NCBI GenBank assembly: GCA_000165345.1
Contig: CM000434.1
Coordinates: forward strand, 352,001-416,000
Direction of reading: 5' to 3'
DNA: 64,000 nt
The notes under the pieces are model-generated. The model saw only the letters and a program-made list of their open reading frames with translations. It was not told the origin of the DNA and ran no database searches. The position numbers and the translations under genes were made by a program. How positions within the stretch are numbered: the first letter of the stretch is position 1; the number at the start of each line of letters is the position of its first letter. This document shows, piece by piece, positions 55,701 to 64,000 of the stretch.

Positions 55701-58700
55701 ATTTTCAAGATTGTTTGTTGCAGTATAAAATCCAATAAGCATTTTATATAGCATAAAACACTCATTTGAGTGAAAAAAACTCCAAGGATGTTGCCATGCT
55801 ACAGTACCTTGATATGCTAATGATAGTTCAAATTTATTATCAAAATTTCCATGAGTGGAAATGCCTCCGCTTTTTGTGAATACAACTAGCCTGTTAAAAA
55901 TTGTATTATACATTGTAAGTAGTATATCAATAATTGTTAGGGCAGACCTATTACTAGATGCATAATACTCCAGGAAATCAATTACAAGCAAGCTCGGCCA
56001 CTCTTCGCAAAGACTATTTAAAACTCTTATTCCGTTCCACGCGCTACTATATGATTCAGTAAATGCAGGAGAAACCGGAATAACATTGGGGTTTGCTTTA
56101 TTAATGTTTTGCGGCGCCCCAACAACAGAGTTATTGATATTTTGTTGGACTGAAGATCCAGTGACTTGGGAAAAGTTTGCTGTGGGGATATATGAGTCAC
56201 ACTTATTCTCAACATTCTCTGCTTCTTCTAAAATCCTGTTTACTGTAGACTCAATGAGTTGAGTCCTTAGTTGATAGAGCTTTACTCTAATAACAGAACA
56301 TGGACTCATCTTAATCAAGTCTATAAGAAAATTAGCATATCGATCAGAAGCAAGTTGTTGAATTAGAAACAAGACAACGTTATGCGGAGAATGAGTCGCA
56401 AAAAGTGCCAAAGGAAGGCGAAAGGGTGATGAAATGGTCATTGATGTTGTATAAGATGTTATGAATGATGATATTGAGGACTGCATATTGCTGCTTCTAT
56501 CAAGCCCGGGAAAATTCCTCGTACCCAATATTGTCCCAACCACTTTTGAAACAAATTCGTCAGACCCTTGAGGTAATAAGTGAAAGATGCATACCATTGC
56601 AATTGCCATGTGCAAATCTTCCTCATATCGATTAAAAGTATCGATTTGAGTATTAGCCAGTCCCGTAGAAGAATTTTGAGCTTGCCTTATAGATGAGCTT
56701 GCTTGATTACTGGAATTTAAAACCTCTCTTTGATATTCATTTGGCCAACAAAGTCTTTGTAAGTGTTGCAAAAGCTTTTCACCTAGAGTTACATTAAAGC
56801 AAAAACATAGAAGTTCTAAAAGACGTGCCAATCCCTGAAGAACATGCACCGTTAATTTTGTTGCAGATGCCAGATGTACAAGTACGGGTCTAAGGCAATG
56901 CCTAAGCTGATCTTCAGGCAGAAGTTCGTACTGACTATTGTTTGTATTATTCATAGATGAATTGCAAATATTTGGGTTGCCATTTGAATCCTCAATACCA
57001 TCTATATTTAATAAATATCTCTCCAACCTTACAATAACCTTCAGAGTATGATGCGCAGCCTTGCAAATTTCTAAATCTTTTCTAGTCACGCAGCGGAAAA
57101 GAACTCCAATAATCTTCCATCTGAGCTCGTCTTGAGATGTTTTGGTTTGGTTGATTCCCAATTGACTATTCATTTGAAATTGTTGGTTAATATTTGTTTG
57201 ATGCTGGTTTTGATAAATTTGGTGTGGGTATTGCGTCTTCGATTGATTTACATTTTGTAAGTTTTGGTGGTTGGATTGAGTGCCAACCTGTGCAGGGTGA
57301 TTTACGGAAATATGCTGCGCCAATACTGGAATAGGCTGTTGTGTTTGCTGAAGTTGAACACCTTGATTTACATTTGTTTGGTGAGAATTGTGCTGCAATT
57401 GATTGCTTTGATTGAAATTAGAACTTTGATGTATTTGTGTTGAACAGTTTGAAGGAATTGCTGGAGAAATAACTGGTGAAATATTTGCAGAAACAGGAAC
57501 TGATATTGAGGAGTTGCTTCGGCTTCTGAGGAATTCGGACCAATTTGGATGAAGAAGTATAAGTTTTAAAAACCTGATTGAATAAATTTGAACTTGAACC
57601 TTATTTTTCCTAAAATCTGGGTTGCCTTTATTACCTTGACTATTTTGAGCATTAACTTGGATATTAGATTGAGAAAAGCTATTATTCGAATTTTTTTGTT
57701 GAGATTCATTCATCTCACAGTCTATTTCATCCCTTATTACAACAAAAACATCTTCAACGAACCTTCTGATAATTGTCGACGGAATTCCAATAGGCGATGG
57801 CCTAAGTGATGCTAGAAAACATAAAGTATCTAGGAAGGCAAGCTGATATGGGGTGCTACAGGTAGAGATTAATTTGGTCTGAAGCCTACTTAACAGCTGT
57901 TGTAGTAAGGTCGTTTGCGAAGTAGCATTAAGATTATTTGTATCGTTATTCCCAAACTGACTGCTGAAGCTGGTATTGAGTAAAGTTGCAACAGAAACAC
58001 CTGTAATATTAGATAACGTAATAAGACATTTTTGTGCCATTCTTCTACAGGCAGGTCTCAAAGATAATATATTTGGAGTTATTGAGTTCATACATAAATG
58101 GAATAAATGCTTACGCAAAATATCCAAAATTTCATCTGGAGGAGTATTGTTTGCCAAAGAATTCATAATTTCATCACGTATTGCAACTCCAGAGTACCAC
58201 TTATCCTTTGATTCAGTAATTAGCATTTCCATATAAACACGATAGCTATTACTCCACCAAAATTCAGAGTTATTTTTCTTTAATTCATTAGTTTCATTTA
58301 TCACAGTCAATAGATCCTCCCAATTTCTATCGTTTATATTAATAGACTCGCCAGATAATAAAGATAACTTATTTTTTGGAATAGTTATTCCGTATTTTGA
58401 TATGGGTATTTTAATAACTTTAGAGCTAAAATTTTCACAATTAACAAATAGTGCAAAAGGTTTTATTCCCGTGAAAACAGAGTAAATCAGCGCATCCAAC
58501 GCGTCCTCAGAACATCTTTCTGCAAAAGGATTACTATCCGCTCCAGAGTCTTTTGAAATGAAGAAAAGAGCGTCTGAAAGTTTCTGGAAATATGTCTGGG
58601 CCCAAATAGGTGGAATATGGTTAAGTAGCTCAATAATCAAGATACATGCAGCTGTTTTTTTACTCCATGAGATGTCATAGCACAAATTTACGATATTTGA

Positions 58701-61700
58701 CTCGAGTAGACATGGGAGTTGAGCGGTTTGAAACGCCCTATTAAAGTACAATAATGGAAAGTTTTCTACAAGATTGTAGTAAATATTTACCATGTTCTTT
58801 ACTGCTGCAAGGGCTATGTAGCTTGGCTCTGTATGTTTCAAATGGTTATTGTGAGAAATTGTAAACTGAACGTCGATCGTATCAAATAAAGCAGATAAGA
58901 TCGGAGCAACCGGGTCAGTTTTCGTATTAGACCAATATAGGTTCAAATTACAATGTTCGGGAATAAATGACCTTGATGCGGAATAAATAGCCAAATAATT
59001 TGTCAATCCATCACAAAATTCACCGACAGAGTCATGAAGTTCTTCAATAAGTGATAATGCCAAAATAAGTGATTTAGCAAATAGCTCAAGGTTATTCGAA
59101 TATGATGATTGGGCCTTAAAATTATTGCATTCAGAAATGTAGTCCATTGAAAAGGGAGTTGCCTCATTAGGATTCTCAATTTTCTCGGAATGCTTTTCGA
59201 GATAACTTGTTAGAAAATTGAAAAATGTTTTAATGGATTCCGTAGTTCCAATATCAGTCCAAAAGATCGAAAGATAGAGTAAAAGTAAATTTTTGATGTG
59301 CGTACTGCACATATTCTTAATTATTTTATTTGAGCTTATAAAATCTTTCTTAGAAATAGAAGATAAATATTTATAAACATGCTGCAGTGTATCATCAATT
59401 CTTAGAAACAAAGTTGTGTCTAGTTTATTGTTAATTGGGCTTGGTCTAATTAAAATGGGTACTTTTACACAAAGAGGGTCATTTACATCTAAAACTGCTG
59501 AATCTTTTAAGAACCATCTATTCTTCCCTCCCAATTTTCCTAGAATTCTTCCAACTAGTGTTGCATGCTGAAATGCTATAGATTGCAATGCATAGAAGGA
59601 TAAACTATTGTTCTTTTGATATCTGTGAAAGTTACTTAGCAATACTTGGGAGACAGGTAAAGGAATTGGAGGCGCAGGTTTCAATAGTTTACAAAGTGTT
59701 ACAAGAATTGATGGCCTTGTTTGAAATCTATGGGGCTGATGAAGTGAATTTGTAAGGATCGGATATAAGAAATCATGATGAAGATTATCAATCCAGAGAT
59801 CCAAACTTCTTAATGCCAATAAAACAAGCTCTGGATCATTGCTTTCAAGAGCATTAAGCATTGGACTAATTAATTGCCCCATATAAGGTAATAGTGACTT
59901 GAGCCTTGCCGGAACGGTAAGAGAGATTTCTAGCCAAATTTCACGATAAGGAGACTTAGTTTCTTTCTGCATTTTAATAGTCGTGTCTAGGAACCAGGGA
60001 AGAATAACTAAGAATTCCTTATAAATACCTGATGCTTTACCACCAGGGGTAATGCTTCTGAATAAAGATCTTAAGATTGACAGAAAGAAAATGTTATTTT
60101 GATATTTTGAGGCCATAGATGTACACAACGTGCATAAATCCACAACATATGGAATTAGAATAGTTTCATGTTGAGGATTCTGACCAATATATCTAAAGAG
60201 TTGCTTTAACAGCCTAGTAGATACAAGCCCAGATGCTATCTCATTGGTCTTATCCTTATTGACATTTTTTGAATTTCCCCCATAAATAAAAGTATCAGGT
60301 ATTGGTAAATCAATAATATTTTTCTGCATTTGAAATAATGAAATATTAATATTTTGAGTTAGAATATCAAATGGGAAAGGATGATCATCCGGATTTCCGT
60401 GTGGTGCAGCTGTGGGAGCAAAATTAATTAAATTATTTGGGTCATCTCTTGGATCAATAACGCTTTGAACTGCATCAGGAAATTGTATTGGTGTTCCAAA
60501 ATGGGAAATTCTTCCTCGAGAATATGGTATTTTCGAATGGCTTTCAACGTTGTCTATATGCGGGTCCACTACGTATCTTGAAAGAGCAAGTTTGTGATGT
60601 TCTGTTGGGTAGATTGAGCATGTCAAAGGTGTTGATGGGATATTCATGTTATTAACTTGTGCAATGAATGATGAAATGTCATATTGAGTAGATTCAGAAA
60701 ATAATTGTTTACCATTCAACGATTTCAGTAATATTTGAATAGGAGATAATTTACTACGTAATTCAGTAAATTTTGAGTTTGGCTCAACAGCTAAGGTATC
60801 TAATTTTAACATTAGATGTGGTAAAATCGATTCATAAAATACCTTTGCAGTGTGTTGTTGTACCCCCCAATAATGGAATATTAAAGAAATTTGTGGACTC
60901 ATACTTGTAGACCACTCGAATAATATCGAAAATGTAGCTTGAATTATATCTCCAAAAGATTGCGGGTGAATATAACACAGCACTGAAGCTAAAAGCTCTA
61001 AAAGCTCCTTCTCTTCTGGCATAATTGATAATGGAGAGTTTTGCTGAGGCTTAGCACCATTGTTCTGCCTTACAGCGTTATTGTGTTGATTTGCACCATA
61101 ATTACTCTGGATTGTGTTTGGAATGATTAGGGAGCTTGTTGGAATGATCTGGCATTCATTTCCACCTTCTTTTATTTTAAATAGGCCAGATGAGCTCATT
61201 GTGTACTGAAGACATTGACAGTATTCAACACTGCAGATTATGCCTTCAATTAATATCTTTTGTAGTAATTTACTTTCAGCCTCATTTAACATCACTCCAT
61301 TTGCAAGTTTTCTTACGTCAAAACGAGTAATATCAACATTGTTTGTATTGCTATTATTTGTTGTACCACTCATTCCTGAATGGTTATTATTTAAGATATT
61401 CTTGTTACTAATATCACTGCTTGGAATGGTATTCCTATTCAAAGTTGTAATATGAAAAATTGTTTGACGCGCACCAATTATGGTTGCACGAATAATAGGT
61501 CTAAGCTCTCTCAAAACATCAATGATTAATGGTTTGGTCTGATTTTCCATATCAGTTTCAGAATCAAGTCCTTTTTTCAATGCACTACAACCAGTTATCG
61601 AAATTTCACAATGACCTATCTGTGTATTTGCATAAGAAAACGAGTTATCTAACCAATTACCAATATTCGAAATTTCAATAAATTCATCAAGAAAATCGTT

Positions 61701-63425
61701 TAATACCGGCTTTAATGGTGTGAATGTAAGTGAATCGGTTTTTGAGTCGGGTAATCCTGGTATTTCCTTATTGATAGAGACGAGAACTAGATTATAAATT
61801 TGTCGTCGGAGCTGGTGAATTTTCAATGAAAAAATCGATAAAATATTCAATAAAATATCCCGAATAATAATATTTCTTTGAGTATTACTACTAGGAACAA
61901 AACCTTCTTTTTTTAATATATCTGGTAGAAATGCAGCAGATCTGATACAATAATGTTGCGCAGGTAAAGGAAGAGCTGTATCTAAAATATTTCTTGTGAG
62001 AGAATGTAGGCACTTCATAATTGAATCGAAAAAACTATCCTGATTCAAACTATTGCAGTATGAATTAAGGGAATGCTCAGCTCGCAAATATACAATTATT
62101 TCATGCAATATTGCAGAAGATAACACTTTAAGAGTTTCATAACCAGTACGTCCGTGCCCAATGAGAACTGCTTCATCAAGTAAAATTTCTATCCTATCGT
62201 AAAATCCCTGCCTAAATTCAGTATTCAAAATACTTCTTAGGCAAACCAATATTTCACGGCGCTGGTGAAGACAATATGGTGGGCAAAATAGTAATACCTG
62301 AATAAACCCCTGTATAAATGCTGACTGAGTTTGCCTTAGAGTTTCTGATATATGTTCGTCACCATTAAAACCCCTAAAAAAATGAACAAACCATAATATA
62401 ATTTTGCTACATGCAATCATATAATCCTGTACCAAAGATTTAAATGAAGATGAACGTATTATTTCTGGGATTTGTTCTGGGCTTATTTTTAGTTGACTTA
62501 TAGAATGGTTCTGGGATGCGCAAGATGATCCCATCAACTTTGGGTGGAAATCTCTAGGGAAAAGACTAACAATGTTTAAGCAAGAAACCAAATTAGGAGC
62601 AAAAATGGCGAAGTAACGTTCAATGAAGTGAGGATATAACTGAAAAATGTGCAATAAGGCCAGTGGTAGCTCTATCAGAATTCTTAATGATCGGTGACAT
62701 GGAAGGATCAAATTTTGAGAAGGGTTCGTATTATTTACATTAGTGGTGACGGGACCTCTATGAACATTTGATCTTACTTGATTTGTAATTTCAGTTAACT
62801 CTGGCAGAGTCGTTGAAAGAGCTCCACGAAAGAACAATTGATCAGGATCATCATTTACAGAGTTAATTTTGTCCGATTTAGTTGTTGAATTTCCACTTTG
62901 AATATAAATATCTTGCCCTTCAGTGCTAGAATTATTATTTCTATTTGAAATAACTTCCTGAATAAGTTGTGGCAAAGTGTGTTGTACATCTGTACATAAT
63001 CTTGATGCGAATCCAAGAAAGGATTCAACGACATTTTCTAATTTGTCTGTATAATTCTTGTGTAGAAAAACTAAATTACGAATTGCGAGTACTCCGACAT
63101 CATCGGTATCTCTATCAAGCAAATGTAAGCACAACTGCGCTAAATCTGAACAGTAGTTTGATATAACTTCATTCTGAGGCAACAATGATATAATCTCCAT
63201 ACATATTATACTTGATTTCTTATAATCATGTTTTTTTGCTGTATCATTCATAAGCAGTATGTTTCTGATCCCATCCAAACATTCTTCTAAAAATGAAAAG
63301 TAGGTTTGCTTATCAGTTGTGTATAGCTCAATTTGATCTCTTATATTTGTTAGAAATTCCAATTCCTCATTAAAATCATTTTGGCCAAATGATTTAAGTC
63401 TTGTGCCAACTTCTTTAATATTCAT
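46797..63425 (-). CDS. Tra1/TRRAP-type PIKK-family pseudokinase (HEAT/FAT repeats, kinase-like domain, FATC), about 5,540 aa, with extensive Asn/Gln/Ser-rich low-complexity insertions. The ORF-track start at 63446 is TTG; the first ATG is at 63425 (MNIKEVGTRL...).
   Basis: A single uninterrupted 16.6-kb ORF. The C-terminal FATC-like end is '...LIECSTDPKNLSAMKPTWMPWL', the PIKK hallmark (aromatic-X-aromatic/Leu terminus, as in TRRAP). The upstream kinase-like region ('GVIYLHRSLPTVETVVRQSY...RIGFITSSGSTIHFLIQPYSG'; 'GVNDVTPGKLFISLDTGQVYQSEL') lacks the catalytic DRHxxN and DFG motifs, as expected for Tra1. Q/N-rich prion-like tracts occur, for example 'QLQQTQQPIPVLAQHISVNHPAQVGTQSNHQNLQNVNQSKTQYPHQIYQNQHQTNINQQFQMNSQ'. 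Confidence 0.75.
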   Translation of the reverse strand: MNIKEVGTRLKSFGQNDFNEELEFLTNIRDQIELYTTDKQTYFSFLEECLDGIRNILLMNDTAKKHDYKKSSIICMEIISLLPQNEVISNYCSDLAQLCLHLLDRDTDDVGVLAIRNLVFLHKNYTDKLENVVESFLGFASRLCTDVQHTLPQLIQEVISNRNNNSSTEGQDIYIQSGNSTTKSDKINSVNDDPDQLFFRGALSTTLPELTEITNQVRSNVHRGPVTTNVNNTNPSQNLILPCHRSLRILIELPLALLHIFQLYPHFIERYFAIFAPNLVSCLNIVSLFPRDFHPKLMGSSCASQNHSISQLKISPEQIPEIIRSSSFKSLVQDYMIACSKIILWFVHFFRGFNGDEHISETLRQTQSAFIQGFIQVLLFCPPYCLHQRREILVCLRSILNTEFRQGFYDRIEILLDEAVLIGHGRTGYETLKVLSSAILHEIIVYLRAEHSLNSYCNSLNQDSFFDSIMKCLHSLTRNILDTALPLPAQHYCIRSAAFLPDILKKEGFVPSSNTQRNIIIRDILLNILSIFSLKIHQLRRQIYNLVLVSINKEIPGLPDSKTDSLTFTPLKPVLNDFLDEFIEISNIGNWLDNSFSYANTQIGHCEISITGCSALKKGLDSETDMENQTKPLIIDVLRELRPIIRATIIGARQTIFHITTLNRNTIPSSDISNKNILNNNHSGMSGTTNNSNTNNVDITRFDVRKLANGVMLNEAESKLLQKILIEGIICSVEYCQCLQYTMSSSGLFKIKEGGNECQIIPTSSLIIPNTIQSNYGANQHNNAVRQNNGAKPQQNSPLSIMPEEKELLELLASVLCYIHPQSFGDIIQATFSILFEWSTSMSPQISLIFHYWGVQQHTAKVFYESILPHLMLKLDTLAVEPNSKFTELRSKLSPIQILLKSLNGKQLFSESTQYDISSFIAQVNNMNIPSTPLTCSIYPTEHHKLALSRYVVDPHIDNVESHSKIPYSRGRISHFGTPIQFPDAVQSVIDPRDDPNNLINFAPTAAPHGNPDDHPFPFDILTQNINISLFQMQKNIIDLPIPDTFIYGGNSKNVNKDKTNEIASGLVSTRLLKQLFRYIGQNPQHETILIPYVVDLCTLCTSMASKYQNNIFFLSILRSLFRSITPGGKASGIYKEFLVILPWFLDTTIKMQKETKSPYREIWLEISLTVPARLKSLLPYMGQLISPMLNALESNDPELVLLALRSLDLWIDNLHHDFLYPILTNSLHQPHRFQTRPSILVTLCKLLKPAPPIPLPVSQVLLSNFHRYQKNNSLSFYALQSIAFQHATLVGRILGKLGGKNRWFLKDSAVLDVNDPLCVKVPILIRPSPINNKLDTTLFLRIDDTLQHVYKYLSSISKKDFISSNKIIKNMCSTHIKNLLLLYLSIFWTDIGTTESIKTFFNFLTSYLEKHSEKIENPNEATPFSMDYISECNNFKAQSSYSNNLELFAKSLILALSLIEELHDSVGEFCDGLTNYLAIYSASRSFIPEHCNLNLYWSNTKTDPVAPILSALFDTIDVQFTISHNNHLKHTEPSYIALAAVKNMVNIYYNLVENFPLLYFNRAFQTAQLPCLLESNIVNLCYDISWSKKTAACILIIELLNHIPPIWAQTYFQKLSDALFFISKDSGADSNPFAERCSEDALDALIYSVFTGIKPFALFVNCENFSSKVIKIPISKYGITIPKNKLSLLSGESININDRNWEDLLTVINETNELKKNNSEFWWSNSYRVYMEMLITESKDKWYSGVAIRDEIMNSLANNTPPDEILDILRKHLFHLCMNSITPNILSLRPACRRMAQKCLITLSNITGVSVATLLNTSFSSQFGNNDTNNLNATSQTTLLQQLLSRLQTKLISTCSTPYQLAFLDTLCFLASLRPSPIGIPSTIIRRFVEDVFVVIRDEIDCEMNESQQKNSNNSFSQSNIQVNAQNSQGNKGNPDFRKNKVQVQIYSIRFLKLILLHPNWSEFLRSRSNSSISVPVSANISPVISPAIPSNCSTQIHQSSNFNQSNQLQHNSHQTNVNQGVQLQQTQQPIPVLAQHISVNHPAQVGTQSNHQNLQNVNQSKTQYPHQIYQNQHQTNINQQFQMNSQLGINQTKTSQDELRWKIIGVLFRCVTRKDLEICKAAHHTLKVIVRLERYLLNIDGIEDSNGNPNICNSSMNNTNNSQYELLPEDQLRHCLRPVLVHLASATKLTVHVLQGLARLLELLCFCFNVTLGEKLLQHLQRLCWPNEYQREVLNSSNQASSSIRQAQNSSTGLANTQIDTFNRYEEDLHMAIAMVCIFHLLPQGSDEFVSKVVGTILGTRNFPGLDRSSNMQSSISSFITSYTTSMTISSPFRLPLALFATHSPHNVVLFLIQQLASDRYANFLIDLIKMSPCSVIRVKLYQLRTQLIESTVNRILEEAENVENKCDSYIPTANFSQVTGSSVQQNINNSVVGAPQNINKANPNVIPVSPAFTESYSSAWNGIRVLNSLCEEWPSLLVIDFLEYYASSNRSALTIIDILLTMYNTIFNRLVVFTKSGGISTHGNFDNKFELSLAYQGTVAWQHPWSFFHSNECFMLYKMLIGFYTATNNLENVQNKEYLEKKCYGNRVGDEIINDILSVQNSMKSVLYSAVSLPSNTSSITNFSQSSTSSFQRQNLTEDQTFSNSFSFTSHQMRQNIQNSNNNLNSSLHANNSHNSISSTSNSTLNNQPIYPSKELIISLLSTIIHGQDVKEHLKRRRIDVILTIATLFGTSSTLDSGAFRDFLICTVPKTLSNQEKRLLFNQLIQRYYPSGPNIDTSSILPGTQIACIQLILIPLLEYEFNRNNEKIRHSEDSWLNDYICEGIITRIILPSLERNVIPLHGTNGLSATDDPLKIEILKLLILLVKNKYSLETISNNRKRLIKDVWNILRTESSLLKSWGYITMCYFVEKYPFPEKILFSMLVALTRLYGVSEVRLTVRRALNLFIPLLHNIKPIIKDDTLNIFSPENESDKSLFSLIPSPPKLFIKDKTPETLFSNWLRLMIAILIQDSYNLPLQQQLYHWNIITLRPNIFAFEYIYLLSPVLSTLTKLLWGFGSVGQNSSQSTSSSYAGSNSGMTNNFGQSAFPSNNILNIPFLPEMKRMIFGILIVITNWVCNFDAEVNIGVSSHCIDSDDNLELKRRRISHSISKDEKNNQSICSGVGKEYRNVANATIDISSIPQLAELLKIEDETSSVSIIDLVITIWFRLALLASSSDHKIVSKSFSTISKIILIYPNCKVQISWLDIGFNLSNNSHLSSISSSTRSNISQNPSTNSQGLNSQHQTISPNLIAFQLTLIAGLQVFCIHQTSATIIMQLDSILQILEPAFVSNDKNVSEALYVLICKIIQIIPHPSTQLKDSITKIVNFIYSNEENIQNSDRQPRELDYNYVDNFKVPLSKKLTVDNKIDSFYIRLIDISTSGIWSLVNQELSVLPELFPAKVTSNNQTTTNDNSNLLQYSEQTTNCSGRNISLHTSIKIISSFMVLGIALNEQDVHKSQEETTEIAVMFLRYFSPLIIYVLDKALAYYSSSNSQNLNSLQPSALSGKSNISNANKNTNISTSRSNTQNLNHTVSNALQHLNGSNTSILNNCADLFQLILISPYFTMKSLNSNVFRQHIIVLLRDFGLITFQGGIVHLLMSILGRWIFNHQLNINSYLSEKLEIEVEEGSNLFVCNSLIVDSNESVENDFEGKRRIKVYNLDEILKFYSNLDYKNKTDETSIKVLKYELVITLLTGWSLICDRNRRFEMHLIYHSFLEEILNNHEDEILKIILNYEGNLKAKIEGSSNNIVLKQANTFVFTEKALTQLEKCALLGLASPHPKIKLGFLKWFNEKLPKDLFGRLRYLFTTSNFDVLAERFYITQFLELLMPTMTFSEKSSIISNKMGAFPSILPSIEQQIINKLDKSSNESYQSFKTNDFKTNLTEVELEWWELQNLKLKENYEDDNASTSSDISLICILDSSSSDQSNSSLINRPQHNNFVAGQVKFDLLDDVIGNLKRNPGLAIDSLLFFSSTSESISISLWKTIFPWIWNNLEHQQRNELTLDIIELLSKERHHRVSSAMPSEWTIPHVILDSLLSCDNPPILPATLLLHLSTKLRCWHIASNYLSNQINTSNSQANINKKENNFISKVNCNHDFKNNLVQDDGPDSSWMILAQIYGELQEEDIVIGIRRSFSNCLETHMGLALMQQAEWSKAQEIFYNNLDAIYNSSSKATNSNADCSHNILNWARIFENSDSSLLNNETMIWIDSWVACAKHLNQWNTLNEFAKERRNPQLQLECSSKLQDWVLVEKLVNKYILHNPITKLCQAYHSLYDLLLGGINNNWNLQSKGTQESLSNSSTNISNQNRVNNSTNSQNLNNGAYCQQFSQSIIQNSSRSKLAEFERHCSIGYRTVLNFWAMLPSVVTTCHVPLLLNFQQYIELQEGFRLSSDIERKLYPDGPNSNINHSLNGNIVQNTANFGSNYIIHHSNANNLAQSSQSINTGNPNSHVNINSHSNLQNTSNSTPGYFEARMLNVWRDRLPNKWDSMILWNDLFVWRNFVFSIIMNLISRSDHLTSQAKSLWPSYLQDMPWTMIKFASIARKSHRLPEVSVALLQRLQNHLQVSGGDAYRAETFLATLEKVKLCLSDTTQLRTGLNILNMTDFQKCPEPYFDEYRAEFLRLKGIISNKLYPNYYIDGEIPNNANSVTGSNVLNSEQGHPGLNNTSATGISTSVVRVNADLLSSLKVYPLFARGWITWAQYTDRLLYIHQNMSYAVNAVISYLMGIYLRPDKYSILLSRVLWLLPHDSPDGKYLSLAFKKYSDHLPCAVWLPWIPQLIAGIDRIEGSAILHILNKIVLIFPQSIYFNIRSSYLEKREMAHMYWYLSSNSETENTSQGPPPPPSSGIYPSFISLGWQRIESLMNTCRIRHGALTLALEHWVEDIVLHCKPDPLDELLCAIRTLFQMTIEISPINDESIIVQDSNLSDTKASDIFPNIGTHFLEHNIIRRYEQLLNKSSSLNNKSFERSKNIIKQYWNEFKNDFHVYLCNNTNPPIERVSQLKLDYVLEKLKKWKDHFTKCTERYSNENIRGKSLLSDFSTTLCDLFHRINIRLEVPGQYLRIVSESLYLRNFAVLENTNSNNPIGGVIYLHRSLPTVETVVRQSYTLKRIGFITSSGSTIHFLIQPYSGLQQKVEERILHLQVTLNTLLYKYKETRSRNISFAIQPCIPLHPRCRIIEDTGNKKSFTELFEEEANSSNCTCPIKDLDFPILLHRKLINISLRKLNNINNSQLDKEMLKIYTELCDNWVPDNIFKRSILRKFNSHDQSFLFTKQFTTHLGLLSIFSYILGVNDVTPGKLFISLDTGQVYQSELKSSYVSSTLLIDKTEKVPFRLTRNMEHLMGPFGKNGILPGTMLAFAQCLQKYEFHVRNLLCSLLRDDLHAFSVHRALQIPQNRNLYQKPNNPSVESDFDNSSQTVINSPNTANDHSQNTISQIMQQRLLSNVEIREKVDRNVRRMMEKIAVLTNPRPINENSQLIDRSVLELIECSTDPKNLSAMKPTWMPWL

Positions 63426-63803
63426 ATTAACAAAAAGCCATATCAATTGAATAAAAAATAATTAATTTACTTAGATTCAAAAGTATAAAATAATAGAATA
63501 TCAAGTAACTACAAATTTCCTTTAATAATAGTTTTTTATAATTAGCTCTTAGCACAAAAAGAAATACGACATTTATCCTCTCACTAACTTTTATGACAAT
63601 AATTTATCCCGCATAATTAACGCAAGATCTTGGTACTGTATTAACTTGCGTCTACTAAATGTTAACAGAATTATAAGAAACAATTTTCAATTAAAGAATT
63701 TCATTAGTTAAACACTATGAACATTGCAAATTAGGAAGAGAATTAGCTATAAATACTAAACTAATTACATGAATTACGTTAAAAATATAGAATATATGTA
63801 GAC

Positions 63804-64000
63804 TTAGCTATCACCAGGTACTAAATTAAGAGGGACTGCGAAAATAGGGCTAATTATATTATCAATTGCGTCGAATCTTATTAAAGAAAGAGCAGAAATT
63901 CCAAAAAATGTATGAAATACATCTGATACATTTCCAGGTCTATCTGAGAATCCGCCTTTTGAAATGTCTTCTGAACAAAAAATGTATTCCTCCAATAAAT
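63804..64000 (-). CDS. Partial gene: C-terminal end of a protein prenyltransferase beta subunit (Rab geranylgeranyltransferase beta-like). The start lies beyond the window end.
   Basis: The open frame runs to the window edge. The C-terminal 'KGGFSDRPGNVSDVFHTFFGISALSLIRFDAIDNIISPIFAVPLN' matches the last prenyltransferase beta repeat of RabGGT-beta '[41 protein letters not shown]'. Confidence 0.55.
   Translation of the reverse strand, partial: LLEEYIFCSEDISKGGFSDRPGNVSDVFHTFFGISALSLIRFDAIDNIISPIFAVPLNLVPGDS

Overview
The window is AT-rich (about 30% GC), gene-dense and intron-poor, with long uninterrupted ORFs on both strands separated by short spacers. That is the architecture of a compact protist nuclear genome. 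The gene content points to a Cryptosporidium-like apicomplexan: a secreted protein with several thrombospondin type-1 repeats, a secreted CANT1-type apyrase, and low-complexity Asn/Gln/Ser insertions inside conserved proteins. I see no prokaryotic operon structure, CRISPR array, tRNA or rRNA. I recognise about 30 protein-coding genes from their translations. They include a giant (~5,540 aa) Tra1/TRRAP-type PIKK pseudokinase, XPC/Rad4, EXO1, Mcm10, a CDKAL1-like radical-SAM methylthiotransferase, eIF4G-like, U2AF large subunit, CBP20, CPSF30, Yju2/CWC16, SLBP, Eaf6, p23, TMCO1, a YGR210-type GTPase, a TRP-like channel, a CCZ1-like protein and a DOT1-like methyltransferase. SRP-receptor beta is split by the only clear intron I could find. 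Two partial genes are cut by the window edges: a SET2-type AWS-SET methyltransferase (1..792, minus) and a Rab-GGTase beta C-terminus (63804..64000, minus). The ORF track evidently allows TTG/GTG starts; where the first codon was TTG I moved the start to the first in-frame ATG. The most notable points are the hyper-expanded Tra1, an SLBP homologue, two PAM2 motifs in the eIF4G-like protein, two ORF-free AT-rich islands (about 1.7 and 2.2 kb) that are unusual for this gene density, and several convergent gene pairs whose stop codons lie 8-24 bp apart. I did not find a convincing novel 'system' in the prokaryotic sense and do not claim one.
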